Source: Camelus dromedarius (taxonomy: Eukaryota). From it: a stretch of DNA of 64,000 bases. The notes beneath the pieces were generated by a model. The model did no database searches and had not been told where the DNA came from. It worked only from the letters and a program-made list of their open reading frames with translations. Shown one piece after another: positions 1-12,089 of this stretch. A program made the translations under genes and the position numbers. The DNA is taken from assembly GCF_036321535.1 (NCBI RefSeq), contig NC_087436.1, forward strand, positions 103,108,001-103,172,000. Direction: 5' to 3'. The number at the start of each line of letters is the position of its first letter. Position 1 is the stretch's first letter.

Positions 1-59
1 AACTATGTTTATATTCCTGAGATAAACTCTATTTTGAAATTGTACTAGACTATTCACCA

Positions 60-403
60 ACTATTTTCCTATAATTCTCTACCTTTTGGATCCCTCAATT
101 AATTGCATTTCTGGGTCCTCTGATTAAGTGGGGCCATGGAACTCATTCTAGCCAAAACATTGTGAGCAGATGAGAAATGTAACTTCTAGGCCAAACATTA
201 AGTTGTTGGCATAACACCTTAGATTATTTTTTCTCTGCTACCACCATTAACAATGGTTGTGGCCAATCTCTCCATCTGTGACGTGGAATAAAAATACAGA
301 GCATAGCCACCAGCAGTTTCACCATGGATATATAACATAATCATAGCTTCACTGATGATAGCTTATTGCTTTTAGCATAACCAAGGACATCCTGATTGGT
401 ACA
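60..403 (+). mobile_element. MaLR LTR (MLT1H/I/J-like)
   Basis: Contains ggggccatggaactcattctagccaaaacattgtgagcaga and ends tagcataaccaaggacatcctgattggtaca, resembling the MLT1 LTR body and its 3' terminus (gcataacctagcctatcctgactaataca). Confidence 0.7.
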
Positions 404-1560
404 AAAACTGGTACTGGAATGAAAGTACCACTCTAATGCCTGTACTAAATTACTTGGTATTAGTTTAGAGAACAGGAAAAGGACAGGAAGGAAACTTATC
501 AGAGCCTGGAAGGATGTGGAAGGATGTTGATGAGAGTTCTATATTACTGACACAATTGGTAAAATTGTCACCTTAATTAACATATCTCGAGGGAAGAGGT
601 TGTAGAAAAGAATGTTGGAAGTATTTGATGTTTACTGTAGGCAGTATGTTGCGAGTATTATTAGAAACTGAGCTCAGAAAATAATTAGTTGCTTTGAAAC
701 AAGAAAGGAAATATAGTTCAGGAATTTAGGGACCTTTTAGGCTGGTTTGGAAAGGATACTTCTTCTTCACCCCAAAGAGTAAAAGATAAAATTAAATAGG
801 TCTTTGATATCAAAAGCAGATTCTAATTGGTTTTCAAGCAAATATAAATTACAGAGAATGGCTTTTATAAGCATTGACAAAGCCCTTTAATGAACTGTTG
901 GCATCCAGTAGATCTTCCCAGTTAGACAGAACAACTCAGGGAAAGCAGAGCGAGCCTGGCTGTTCTCCTACATGACTGGCTGAAGCTGCCTGCGACTCAG
1001 TTGGGAGAGAACAGAAGTATGAGGGCAAGGAAACAGAGAAATGTATCAGATCTAAGAAGGATATCTGGAAAAGCCCTGAAGATATAGATATTTCCATGTG
1101 GAGCTGACAGGAATCAAATGTATAGAAGCCCAATTACATCTGTAAGAGATCTGTACTACAAAAGAAACCATCACAACTCCAAGTATAAAAAGTTCATGAG
1201 AATTGATTTAAAACAGCTCACTATACAAGAATAAAAATGACCCTTGAGTCCCCAAATGTTGCCTTCATCAAATATTATCTGAGTAGGATAATAAATACGG
1301 AAAATTCTCCCAGAAGACGGAGCAACAGGCTAAAGAGATCAATGGAATGGGTGTTTCTTTCAGGAAACAGAATCAGGGCTGGTTCAAGCATCCCCCTTCT
1401 CTGTGTAATGGGGCTTTTGCAACTTCTGCCCATGGTATCTGAGTTTCTGTGGACCAGTTTCTCACTGTTCTATTTTCAAAATGGCAGCATGTATTGTTTT
1501 TATTCTGTTTGGGGGATTATACAATGCCGTAGACTTTCTCAACAGGAACCTGGCTGCTAC
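404..1560 (+). mobile_element. MaLR internal region (MLT1-int), degraded
   Basis: Directly follows the LTR with aaaactggtactggaatg...tactaaattacttggtattagtttagag, typical of an MLT-int start. Purine-rich decayed sequence follows. Confidence 0.55.
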
Positions 1561-1599
1561 CTAGTAAAATTTAGTGTGTGCATACCTAGGATCTAAAAG

Positions 1600-1960
1600 T
1601 TTGCCTCTGGGAATATGTCCTCAACAAATAAATGTTTAATGATGTTAACTGCAGGAAAATTGTCCACAAAAGGGAATCAGAAGCAATCTGCTTGTGTCAC
1701 AAGCAATGATGAATCGTAACTGTGAATAAAAGGATCTCTAAAACCTGGTGGAATCATGTCATGGAGTGCTATACAACTGGAAGGGAAAAAAATGGTGTAT
1801 ATGACCTAAATGGATAGATATTAAACACATTTTGGTGAGTGAAAAAAAGTAAGCAATATATGAGACCTATACTATAGAACACTTTATTTATATATAAAAT
1901 ATTAACATAAAACAATATACACATTTATAACAACACGAATATATCAAGTAATTGAGATGA
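1600..1960 (+). mobile_element. Old L1 (L1ME-type) 3' fragment
   Basis: aaatggatagatattaaacacattttggtgagtgaaaaaaagtaagcaa resembles the decayed L1 ORF2 end and 3' UTR. Confidence 0.55.
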
Positions 1961-2374
1961 TTGCTTATGAGGAAGCAGAAGGAAAAGAAATGGGGGGAAA
2001 TAAAGGGAATACATAAACAAAGAGGGATGATGTTGTATCAATCAATGATGCCAGTGTTTCAGGAATTTAGGAATAGGATGACCTCAGTCCTGCTAACCTG
2101 CATGTCCAAAGCAAAACTCCATAAAATTTAAAAACAAACCAGCTAGTTCTCATAGAGGATACATGACATTAAAAATCAATTAATCCTCAATCAATGAAAG
2201 GGAATGGATTGAAAACTTCTGGGAACTGGAACCCCAGAGATCAGCATTTTAGTGTGTATGTAGTGTTAGTCTAATGAGATATCAGGGGACAGACTCATGT
2301 CTGGACAGGAGACAAGCCTCTTTTTCTATTGGTAAATAACACATCATTTAGAATCGCCATGTCTGTTTTGGGGA

Positions 2375-2525
2375 CCTTCCACCACTATGTACTGGTTGAG
2401 TGATTTCGGGTAAATGGCTTAGCTTCTGTGATCACTGGTAAATAAAACATAGGGATCTTAGGTATTGTATGGAGTTAAATTAAGATGCATACAAAATGCT
2501 GAGCATCTCTGATATGCCAGGCAAT
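2375..2525 (+). mobile_element. MIR SINE
   Basis: gtgatttcgggtaaatggcttagcttctgtg...ggtattgtatggagttaaattaagatgcatacaaaatgct matches the MIR core. Confidence 0.6.
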
Positions 2526-2729
2526 TTACTACAACCTCTGGTACCAAATTGCTAATGAACTAGAAGAGAAGACACACAAACAGAAGGCACATACGGAGTC
2601 TGAATAGTGCTACTGGAGCCCCCACTAATGATTTAACCCAGTTTTAGACAGGAAATAGAAGTTTTCTAAAGAGAAATGTTCTGACATCTGTAGAATGAGT
2701 ACAAACTAAACAACTGTGGATATGGGCTC

Positions 2730-2757
2730 TGTGTGTGCGTGTGTGTGTGTGTGTGTG
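2730..2757. repeat. (TG)n microsatellite
   Basis: About 14 TG units with one CG interruption. Confidence 0.95.
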
Positions 2758-4144
2758 ATCCACAAGGAGAGTTAATTCAAAAGAAAAAAACAAAATAGGA
2801 ATGTTTTGCAAGTAGAAATTTAAATTAAAATTTTAGTAGCTTTTATTAGCAATTTTTTTTTATCAACAGCAGAAGCAGCAAAAGTTAGGAATCAGTATCA
2901 AGAACAAGGAGGTTTTTCATGCTCTCTATTCTTGGAAAGACACACTGCTTTTTCCCTCTTGGACTCTAAGGGATGGAAAGCATCCTGATATTATAGGTCT
3001 CTTTTGTATCTTGCCTCTTGTTTAATCCGCAGCTCAGTTTTCATGTCTTCCAAATTGTCTTCATTTGACATCCAACCAAAAACAATAAGAATTTTGAGTT
3101 GTTTAAACTGTAATGGGTTACCCTTTGAAAATAAAATAAAACATAAGACTTGCAAAACGTTCCATTAACTATGATTGCATGTTGTGTTTGTGTGTTTATG
3201 CATTTGTGTGCACATATGTTAACATGTATATGTGTGTGCGTGCAATTTTTTTTCTTACCCTAAGAGAGAATCTACAATTTGGAAATTATCTGGTTCAACA
3301 TATCTTTTCATTCCAATTCTTTGGAGATTTGTCAGTGGGAAAATTAAAATCTGCAGACATATACATTCCACTAAACATCAAACTACCATGTAATTTCTCA
3401 TTTCTGTCATCAGAGACACTACTGTAAACCAAGGACATCAAAGGCAATAGATGTTACACTTTTTAATAAATTTTAGAGTAGATCCATTTTGTAGTTATGG
3501 TGCTTTAAATATCAGAGGATGCAAGAAATTATCTTGTAAAATAGCACATAATAAAATAATAAAATGCTTCAAGTGGAGTGTTTTATAATCATTGATACTA
3601 AAATGCAGGTTAATATGTCACATTAAACTTTAAAATTCCAAAAAGAAAGTATATCAATTAGAATATTATTTTAATAAACTATCATTAAAAATGTTTTTCA
3701 AAATGATACATTTTAAGGTCAGAACTACTTTAATAAACTTTATTATGCATCTGTATCCTGCACAGAGTATATCTGAGTTTTTAAAAAACTACCTAACCTT
3801 GAACTGTAATTTATTTCATTTGCCTTTGTTCCTTTTTCTATAGGATGTTAAAACTGAATGCAGAACTGTTCTACACCCCTTTCCATCTACCACTTTTCTA
3901 CTATTTCTAAGCAAATAAAGCCCTATTTATTATAACTTCTAAGTTCAGAGTGGAGTAGAGTCATTAAAAAAGAGGCATATGGCAGAAATTTTAGGCACTA
4001 AAAATATTTTTGGTGTGGCATTACTGAACCATCATGACCTGACAATAGTGTCCTATTTTCAACTCTTGTATGAAATACCTTAGACTTCTTCTCAGTATCC
4101 TGTCTGGTTTTTAGTCACTGTGAGTAAAATCCTAATGTTTCTAG

Positions 4145-4330
4145 ACTTCTCAAAATATGTTACCTATAGGACCTGATCAAAATCACTTGAGATGCTTATT
4201 AAAAATTCAAGTTGCAGAGACCCATCCTAGATGTACTACGTCAACATTTCTGGTGATTGGATAAAAGAATCTGCTATTTAACAAGCTCCCTAGACAATTA
4301 TTAGGCACAGAAAGGTTTGGGGAAATAGTG
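4145..4330. mobile_element. MER5-like hAT-Charlie non-autonomous DNA transposon
   Basis: aaatcacttgagatgcttattaaaaattcaagttgcagagacccatcctag...aagaatctgctatttaacaagctccctag...gtttggggaaatagtg resembles MER5A/B. Confidence 0.65.
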
Positions 4331-5190
4331 TTCTGGAAATATGTAATCATGTACCATTCTGCTTCATTTCTTCCCTCCCCTCAACTCTCTCTTTGAATAC
4401 ACATTCCAGGAAAAGATCTGCTGTGTGAGCGTGTGCTATTTTATTAGTAAGCAATTCCTCATTTTGAAGAATCTGTGTATCAGTGAGTTTGCAAGAAAGT
4501 AAGCATGGAGTGCAGTATTTTGTATTATTTTGTTCGTAATTTTATTTCATTTAAAAGCTATGAAAGATTTAAATGGAAAATAAGAATATTTAGGTGCCAA
4601 TAATTCAAGCATTTAAAAATGGCACTATTAGACCAAATCTTTTTAAAATCTCTGTGCTAGTTTTGCAAAGTTGTGCCTAATAAAGTAATTTTCCCCAGGC
4701 TGCTCAGGTGGTAAACAGCAGCGTTGTATATCAAATCCAAGTGTGTGTGGCTTTAAGGCAAGTGTTCATCTTTCTATATCATGTTAGCACAAATCTTCCA
4801 CCTACAGTAAAGCACACTTTGTTCAATATGAATAGTATGACAATACACTTAGGAGGTCTGCTTCTAAGACTGCAGTGTGAGAAGTTCCTTGGAACCACTC
4901 CACAGTAAAACAAGAAAACTGGTGGACATTATTTTTAAATATTATTTCAAGACTCTGAGATTTGTGCTAAGGGCACAAAACAAATGAAGGATACTTTGTT
5001 CAAGAAACTCTAGCATGGTAAGAACATCATGAATCTCTGGCATTTAACCAGTGACTCAGTTTTACTCCCCTTGCCCCAGCTCAACGTGACTTAAGCTCCC
5101 CTGCAGGAGGCGCATGGGCATGAGAGCTGGGCCTCACCTTCCCTCAGCTCCCAATCAAGGGTTGTCTTATCTCGCCAGGAAGAGCAGGCC

Positions 5191-5332
5191 ATCACAGTGT
5201 CTAAGGCGTGAGCCTGCTGTGGCTCCCCATTGCCTGGCACAGCGATAAAGCTTATCTTTTCTGATATTCCCAAAACTCTGTCTCTGAGCCTGAATTCATT
5301 TTTCAGGGCACAAAGGCTGGTTTTTTGGCAAC
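5191..5332 (+). mobile_element. ERV LTR 3' fragment (R/U5-like) nested in the L1 5' UTR
   Basis: gagcctgctgtggctccccattgcctggcacagcgataaagcttatcttttctgatattcccaaaactctgtctctgag...ttttggcaac resembles the poly(A) signal and U5 end of Laurasiatherian ERV1-type LTRs. Confidence 0.6.
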
Positions 5333-7006
5333 TCTTGGGCCCCAAGAGCCCTCACCCCAAGTCACTCATAGAGCACGTGTCTCACACCTGGAGAGGTAAG
5401 CCAATAAGACCAGAGGCTACTGCCCTACCTGGTGCCCAGAGTAGTGACTCGGAGATTTTTCTCAGGAGGTGAGTCATAGCCAGAGCATTTCCACAACAAA
5501 GGCTTACTCTACAGAAGAAAACATTTCCTAAGAATCTTATCTGAGCAGGCAGAGCCCTCTCCCATTCCAGCCCCCTGGACCCTCCCCACAGTAATAGGTG
5601 ATGTGTACATCAAGGAAATGGATTTAGAATGGTGGAACACAGGATGGCACAGGAGGCTGAGAGAAAAAAGCCACAGCATTAGCAAAATACTTGTGAAAGT
5701 AACAACCCTGAGGTACAGGCCCTCTAACGTCTGAGATTTAATAAAAGAAATTACAGCGTGCTCCCCGTTCCCCACGTCTTACTGCCACACCAGCCAGACT
5801 CCGGGCCGATCACCGCAGGTTCCAGCTGAAAGACCTACAAGACACAGCATTTTCCAGGAAGTACTGATGGAAGCCCAAAGCGCAGGGACACCAGGGAACC
5901 TGAAGCCCCTGGTGCCTACAGCAGCCAGAGACATCCCAGCCCACAGTCAAGTTAACATAAATCCTCACACTGAAGGGCCATTTACCTCCACTCCTATCAC
6001 CCAGTACAGCATGCCTGACTCCTACTAAAAAGTATAAGGCATAACAGAAGGCAAGATAAAAAGTCTGACAAGAGAAAGCAACCATCAAAACCGATTAAGG
6101 TACAGCAGAAATGTTGCAATATTCAGATAGAGAATTTAAAGCAATTACAATTAATATGTTAAGGGATCTAATGGTAAAAGTAGACAGCATGCAAAAACAG
6201 ATGGACAATGTAAACAGAAAGATAGAAATTCTTTTCTGATTCTAAGAAAGAATCAAAAGGAAATGCTACGAATCAGAAACATTGACAGAGAAATGAAGGC
6301 TGCCTTGATGGGCTCATTATTAGACTTAACATGGCAGAGGGAAGAATTGATGAGCTTAAAGGCAGGTTATTAGAAAATTCTAAAACAAAAGCCAAAAAAA
6401 AAAAGAACATCCAAAAACCATGGGACGATTTCAAGTTTTAGCATGTATCATTGGATTACCAGGTACAGGATAAAGTGAGGGTAGAGCAGAACTATTTGAA
6501 GTAATAATGATTGAGAAAATTCTAAAACTGACAGATCCCAAAGCAGAGATCCAGGAATCTCAGAGAATGCCAAGCAAAATAAATACTACCCCCTAAAACA
6601 AGACCAAAAATAATCAAACTAAGCATACCATATTCAAATTGCACAAAACCAAAGATAAAGAGAAAATTATGAAAAAAATCTGGTATGTCACAGCATCTTA
6701 CCTACTGGGAAAAAGGATAATACTTATGTTGGATTTCTTAACAGAAAGCATGGAAGAAGAGAGTAGAGTGAAGTATTTAGAGTGTTGAAAAAAGAATTCA
6801 CCAAACTAGAATTCTGTACCTAACCAAACCATCTTTCACATGCAAAGAAGAAATAAAAATTTGCTTAGACAAAGAACAACTGAAGAAATTTGTCACTAGC
6901 AAACATGCCCTGCAAGAAATGTTAAAAGAAGTTTCTTTAGGGAGAAGGAAAATGATACAGGTTTATTGCATCTGCATAAAGAAAGAAAGATCATCAAAGA
7001 AGGAAT

Positions 7007-7367
7007 TAAAGGAAATCATATTATCTCACCTAAAATAAACCTCTCTGACATAAAAATTTATTTTGAGTTTAAGGCAATTAAGAAACAGCAAATACAGGAA
7101 AATGTCTACCTTCCCCTTCCCAGTCTAAAAGCAGGATGCAAATTCTCCTCTTACTGGGAACAGACTCTTATCAACCCATAGACAGCGCCAGAGGAATGTA
7201 CAGATAAACGTGCTGCATTAGTTTCTTTCTGTGTATTTATCGTCCCACAGTTTGTCACTCTTGGAAGCCTAAAACTACTGTCCATTAGCCAGTCATTTCT
7301 CTGCAAATTTAATGTTCTTTGCTGAAGATGCTATGTAAACTGAGATTCTAAGCCACTACTTTGAGCT
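7007..7367 (+). mobile_element. ERV1 LTR fragment (MER34/MER39-like) nested between L1 ORF1 and ORF2
   Basis: cacctaaaataaacctctctgacataaaaatttattttgagtttaaggcaattaagaaacagc resembles the MER34 5' end. L1 inter-ORF sequence resumes after ~7368. Confidence 0.65.
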
Positions 7368-7709
7368 GGAGTAGTTGTAAATGTATACTGCAAACTTTGG
7401 AGCAATCATTAACTTTGTTTTTCAAAATACAATTGCTCTGGGAGGAGATAAATTGGAGTCATATAAAGTCTCAAACTAAAAGAAAGAAAGAAAATGAGTA
7501 GAAGAAGAAATAAAGAATAAGTGCAATGAACAAAAAACAATTAGAAACATAGTACATGTTAATCCTACCATATAAATAATCACTTCAAATGGGAATAGTC
7601 TAAATACACCAAATAAAAGGCAGATACTGTTAGAATGGGTTTTTAAAAAGACCCAAACTATCCACTGTATGCAAGAAATCCGCTTTAATTATAGATTCAG
7701 ATAGGGGAA

Positions 7710-7958
7710 ATGAAATGGGATGGAGAAAAATATACAATGATAACTAACATAGACAAAGCTGGGGTAGCTATGTTAATTTCAGACAAAGCAGATTTTAGAA
7801 TAAAGGATATTATCAGGAGTAACAAGTGGCATTACATAATGACAAAGGGGCCAATTCTCCAGGAAGACAAAACGGTCCTTGGTGTGTACACACATAAAAA
7901 TAGAATGCCAATATACATGAGGAAAAAACTGATAGACATTCAAAGAAAAATAAACTAA
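7710..7958 (+). pseudogene. L1 ORF2 endonuclease-domain fragment (non-functional)
   Basis: Translation KAGVAMLISDKADFRIKDIIRSNKWHYIMTKGPILQED matches the L1 EN motif KAGVAILVSDK...GHYIMVKGSIQQE. Confidence 0.9.
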
Positions 7959-9646
7959 GATACTACTACAATTGTAGACAACACACTTCTTTTGAATTGA
8001 TGAATTATTCAGGCAGAAGGTAAGTAAGGACATAATTGACCTGAATTAAACTACTGATCTATTTGACCTAATTTATAGAAAACTCCATTCTACCTCAGCC
8101 AGATCCATATTCTCCTCAACCCAACATGGAACATTCACTGAGACAGATTACTTCAGGCCATAAAATACATTATCAAATTAAAAAATAAAAATCATGTGAA
8201 GTTAAACTAAAAATCAATAACAGAGAGCTGAAAATCCCACATATACAGAAATTAAACAATACACACTTAAATAATCCATTAGCCAAAAAAGAAGTCTCAA
8301 GATCAATTAAAGTGTTTCTAAAATTTGTTGATGCAATGGATGATGTTTTACTGATAAATTAACAGCATTTAATGCATACGTTAGAAGAGAAGAAAGATCT
8401 AAATTCAATAGCTTAAGCTTCTTAGGAGTCGAGGAAAATAAGAGTAATCGAAGTTTAAAGCAAACAGAAGAAAAGGAGTAATAAAAATCATATTAGATAT
8501 CAATGAAATTGGAAAACAAAGAGCAATTCAATGAAATCTAAAGCTGCTTCTTTAAAAATATCTAAAATTGGTAAACCTCTAGCCAGGCTAATCCAGAATT
8601 AAAAGAGAGGATGCCCAAATTACAAATATTAGAAATGAAAGAGTAACCTGTAGATATTAAGTTAATCCTACAGACATTTAAATAGTAATATAATAATACT
8701 ATGAACAAATCTATGCCCCAAAATTTCATAAATTAGATACAATGTAGCAATTTCTTAAAAGACACAACTATCAGAGTTCACACAAAATTCAATGGATAAT
8801 CTAATAAGAAATTTAGTATCTATTAAAAAAATTGAGTCAATAATGAATAACATTCCAAAAGAGAATTCACCAGGCCAGTTAAAAGACAGGCAAATGATAT
8901 GAATGAACAGACACCTCACCAAAGAAGAGATACAGATGACAAATAAGCATAATAAAAAGATACTCAACATCATTTGTCTTTAGAAAAATGCAAATTGAGA
9001 TAGCTAGAGATCGGAATGAGTAAAATCCAAAACTAACAATAGCAAATGCAGGTGATGCGGAACAAGCAGAACTCACACTCATTAGAGGTAGAAATACAAA
9101 ACGGAAGTCACTTAGGAAGACAGTTTAGCAATTTCTTAAAAAGCTAAACAGTTTGATCCAGCATTATGCTCCCAGATATTCACCTGATGATTTGAAAATT
9201 TATGTCCACATGAAAAGCCACATGCAGATATTTATAGTGCTATTCATAATTTCCAAAATCAGGAAGCACCTAAGATGTCCTTCACTAGGGGGAAGGGGTA
9301 AAACAAACAAACAAGCAAACAAAAAAACCCCCAAAACCTGTGGTACATCCATACAGTAAAATGATAGTGATAAAAGCACAGTGCTAATTGAAATAAATCA
9401 AGCCATAAAATAATACACAATATGATTACATTTCTATAAACTTCGAAATTAGCAAAAAAGTATCGTATGGTGTTAGAAGCTAGTGTTTCTCTTTAAAATG
9501 GAGAAAAGGAGTAGAGACTGCAAAACACACAGGGGATCACAGGGGTTTCTTGTCAGATTCTTTCTCTTGTCCCAGGTTGTGCTTCTATAAGTGTGCTCAC
9601 TTTAAGACAATTAATTTAGCTTCACGTTTATGATTTTCTGGTTTTT

Positions 9647-9815
9647 CCACTTATTGGCTTTATGTCCTTGGGTGAGTTGTTTAACCTCTTGAGTCTAGAT
9701 TTGTTTGATATGTAAAATTGTCAGAACATAAAGCTGTTTTGAGAATTAATTAAATATGAAGTACTTGGCACAAACATTAGCAAATATAAAAATGCTAAAT
9801 AAATAGTAGCTATAC
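9647..9815 (+). mobile_element. MIR SINE
   Basis: ccacttattggctttatgtccttgggtgagttgtttaacctcttgagtctag...tgtaaaattg...gctaaataaatagtagcta. Confidence 0.75.
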
Positions 9816-9939
9816 TTTAAAACTTAAAAGGTTATTTTAGCTATAAAAATTTTCTAAAACCTTGTTTTTCAGTAAATCCAATGGTTTACAGTCCAATGAA
9901 ATAGATGTCACTTAAATGAGAATTGTGCAGTCAAGAAAG

Positions 9940-10440
9940 AAGCATTTATCCCACAAGTACTTACTAAGAAAGTACTATGTGGACAGAATTATTCTATGTA
10001 CTTGGACACATCAGTTACCAGAGAAATCAGAAATCCCTGTCTCTTTGGCGCTTAAATTGGGAGGGACAGACAGACTCTACACATAAGAAATAACATACAT
10101 TACAGATACCTTACATTATATTTTATAAAGTAAAAATTACTAAGGGAAAAAGAACAGAATAAGTCCATCTTTTGGAAGTAAAAATGAGTTAGAATTTTAA
10201 TAGAAAGGACAGGTAAGCATTAAGCTAAAGAGAGAGATTTTTTGCAAAATCTTCAATGAAGCAAGAAATAAGTAGGGAAAAAATGATGCAGTTCAAGAGG
10301 ATAATTATAAAACCTGAAACTCAAAGAATTACTGATGGATTAGATGTGCAGCAGAGAAAGAAAAGAGAAGTCAAGGATGTTGCGGAAGGTTTTGGCCTGA
10401 GAAATTGTAAGAATGCAGTTACTACTGAGATGGAATGAGG
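9940..10440 (-). mobile_element. L2 LINE 3' fragment
   Basis: Reverse complement of the L2a tail: acaagtacttactaagaaagtactatgtgg...aaatccctgtctctttggcgcttaaatt; further on agagaagtcaaggatg...ggttttggcctgag. Confidence 0.7.
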
Positions 10441-10869
10441 TGGTGAAAAGCTTATCTATCCTTACAGTGCTCAAATTCAGACAAAAATCTTGGGGTTATG
10501 GCAAAGACGCTATGCTAGCCAAGTTCTTACTTCGCTATTTCGCTTCTGGTGAAGAATGACAAGATTCACGCTGCCACCTGGATACTACTATTTTAACAGC
10601 AAAGTGAAGACAGGGGCTGGTAGGGAAGAGATGACCATAGAGACTCAACTTTTATCATGTAAAATCTTGTCATTTCTGGATTGACAGTATGGCACTCAGG
10701 ATAAAGTAGATCCTATGTTTCCCAGTCTGAGGATGCCTTGTTTTATCTAGGAAAGAGACTAAATCTCAAGTACCCTATCAACACTGTATGTATGTAAGGA
10801 GGCAGGGGGTGGGGAATGCACCCTCCTGACTCTGTGGGGTGGGGAAAGAAAGGGGATCTGAGACTGTAT

Positions 10870-12080
10870 CAAATTATTATTTTTGTAGTAGGTTATATTT
10901 TGAAATAATTACAAATTTATAGTAAAGTTGCTAGAACTGTATCAGGAAGTCTTAAATATCCTTTATATAACCTTTTTAAGATTCAAGAATTATTCCATTT
11001 GGGTCCATTCACTTTATCATTTTTTCTGTATATTCATATGGTTTCAAATCAGTGTTTTTGCTTTCTTTGGATACATCCCAGAGGTGGAACTGCTGGATTC
11101 TATGGCCATTCTACTTTTAATTTTTCAGGAACCTCCACAGTGATTTCCATAATGGCTATATCAGTTTACATTCTAATATTTTTAAAGACAAGGGGCCAGT
11201 TATTCCGTAGAATGACCTCCAGCTCAGGTCTCTCTGATGCCTCTTTGTGATTAGGTTTACTGGGATGAGGGTCTTCCTTTCTCTGAGTATCTTATTTGAC
11301 ACATGATGCTGTTGGTCCCAATGACAACGGTTCTAGCTAGGTCTGCTGTCTTCGTTCAGGTGGTATTCCACACATTTCTCAATGCTGGCACTACTTTGAA
11401 ACTAGTAAGTAGCTTATGGGGATGTATTTTGAAACATCCTGCTCCTGGTCAAACATTTACCCTCTAGGTTTAGTGTCCATTGATGATTGATCACTTTCTG
11501 GTATTAGGCTGTAAGAGACATTATTTTATCCATTTATTTACATATATCACTGTGCACTCATGCATTATTATTTTATTCAGTAATGGATTCATAATCCACT
11601 CCTTTTATTGTTTTCTTTGATGTTCAGATACTTTCAAATATAGCCAAAAGGGAGTTCTGTCAAACTTGCTTATGTCATTTTGACATATTTTCATGATTCT
11701 TTGAGTTCCTCTTGTGCAATGTCATAGATTGTTCCAGGCTCATACTGCTCTTTTCCAGCCCTGGAAATAATAACCATTTCTTTAATAAGCCCTGGATCCT
11801 TTTAATGGGAGACGGTATTCAGAAATCAAAATCTGACAAATGTGTTTATTTCTTCTTTTTCTTTTTTACTCTCTGCTCTCACTCTTGTTCTCACTTTCTT
11901 CTCTCTCTTTCTCTCTCTCCCATACATATATATGTATAATATGAATACATACTGATACTTTTAATCCCTGTCTACCATCACATGGTACACACTAGCTTTC
12001 TACTTTCCAAATTTTGAAACTCTTGAAACAGTGAGAAACATGGATTCCATTATCCTCAATATATTAACTAGAGTTTACTA
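10870..12080 (-). mobile_element. Old L1 3' UTR (L1MC-type), including a short younger-L1 ORF2 piece at ~11040-11175
   Basis: Antisense L1MC-like 3' end (tattttgaaataattacaaatttatagtaaagttgc). Also ctttggatacatcccagaggtggaactgctggattctatgg...caggaacctccacagtgatttccataatggct. Confidence 0.7.
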
Positions 12081-12089
12081 TTTGTTACT

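Larger units (their letters stand above)
4854..9640 (+). mobile_element. Long old L1 (L1MC/L1MD-type): 5' UTR, ORF1 remnant, ORF2 endonuclease remnant, RT domain deleted, ORF2 C-terminus and 3' UTR
   Basis: ORF1-like DNA at ~6060-6960 (tcagatagagaatttaaagcaattacaattaatatgttaag...gccctgcaagaaatgttaaaagaagtt). ORF2 start at ~7560. ORF2 C-terminal DNA from 8879 (gaacagacacctcaccaaagaagagatacagatg). The 3' UTR part (~9360-9640) may belong to an older element. Confidence 0.85.

Noticed and set aside
3830..3920. Plus-strand acceptor (cctttttctatag) followed by a short ORF and AATAAA as a terminal exon
   Set aside because: 24-codon unrecognised peptide with no supported upstream exon. Such motifs are frequent in AT-rich DNA.
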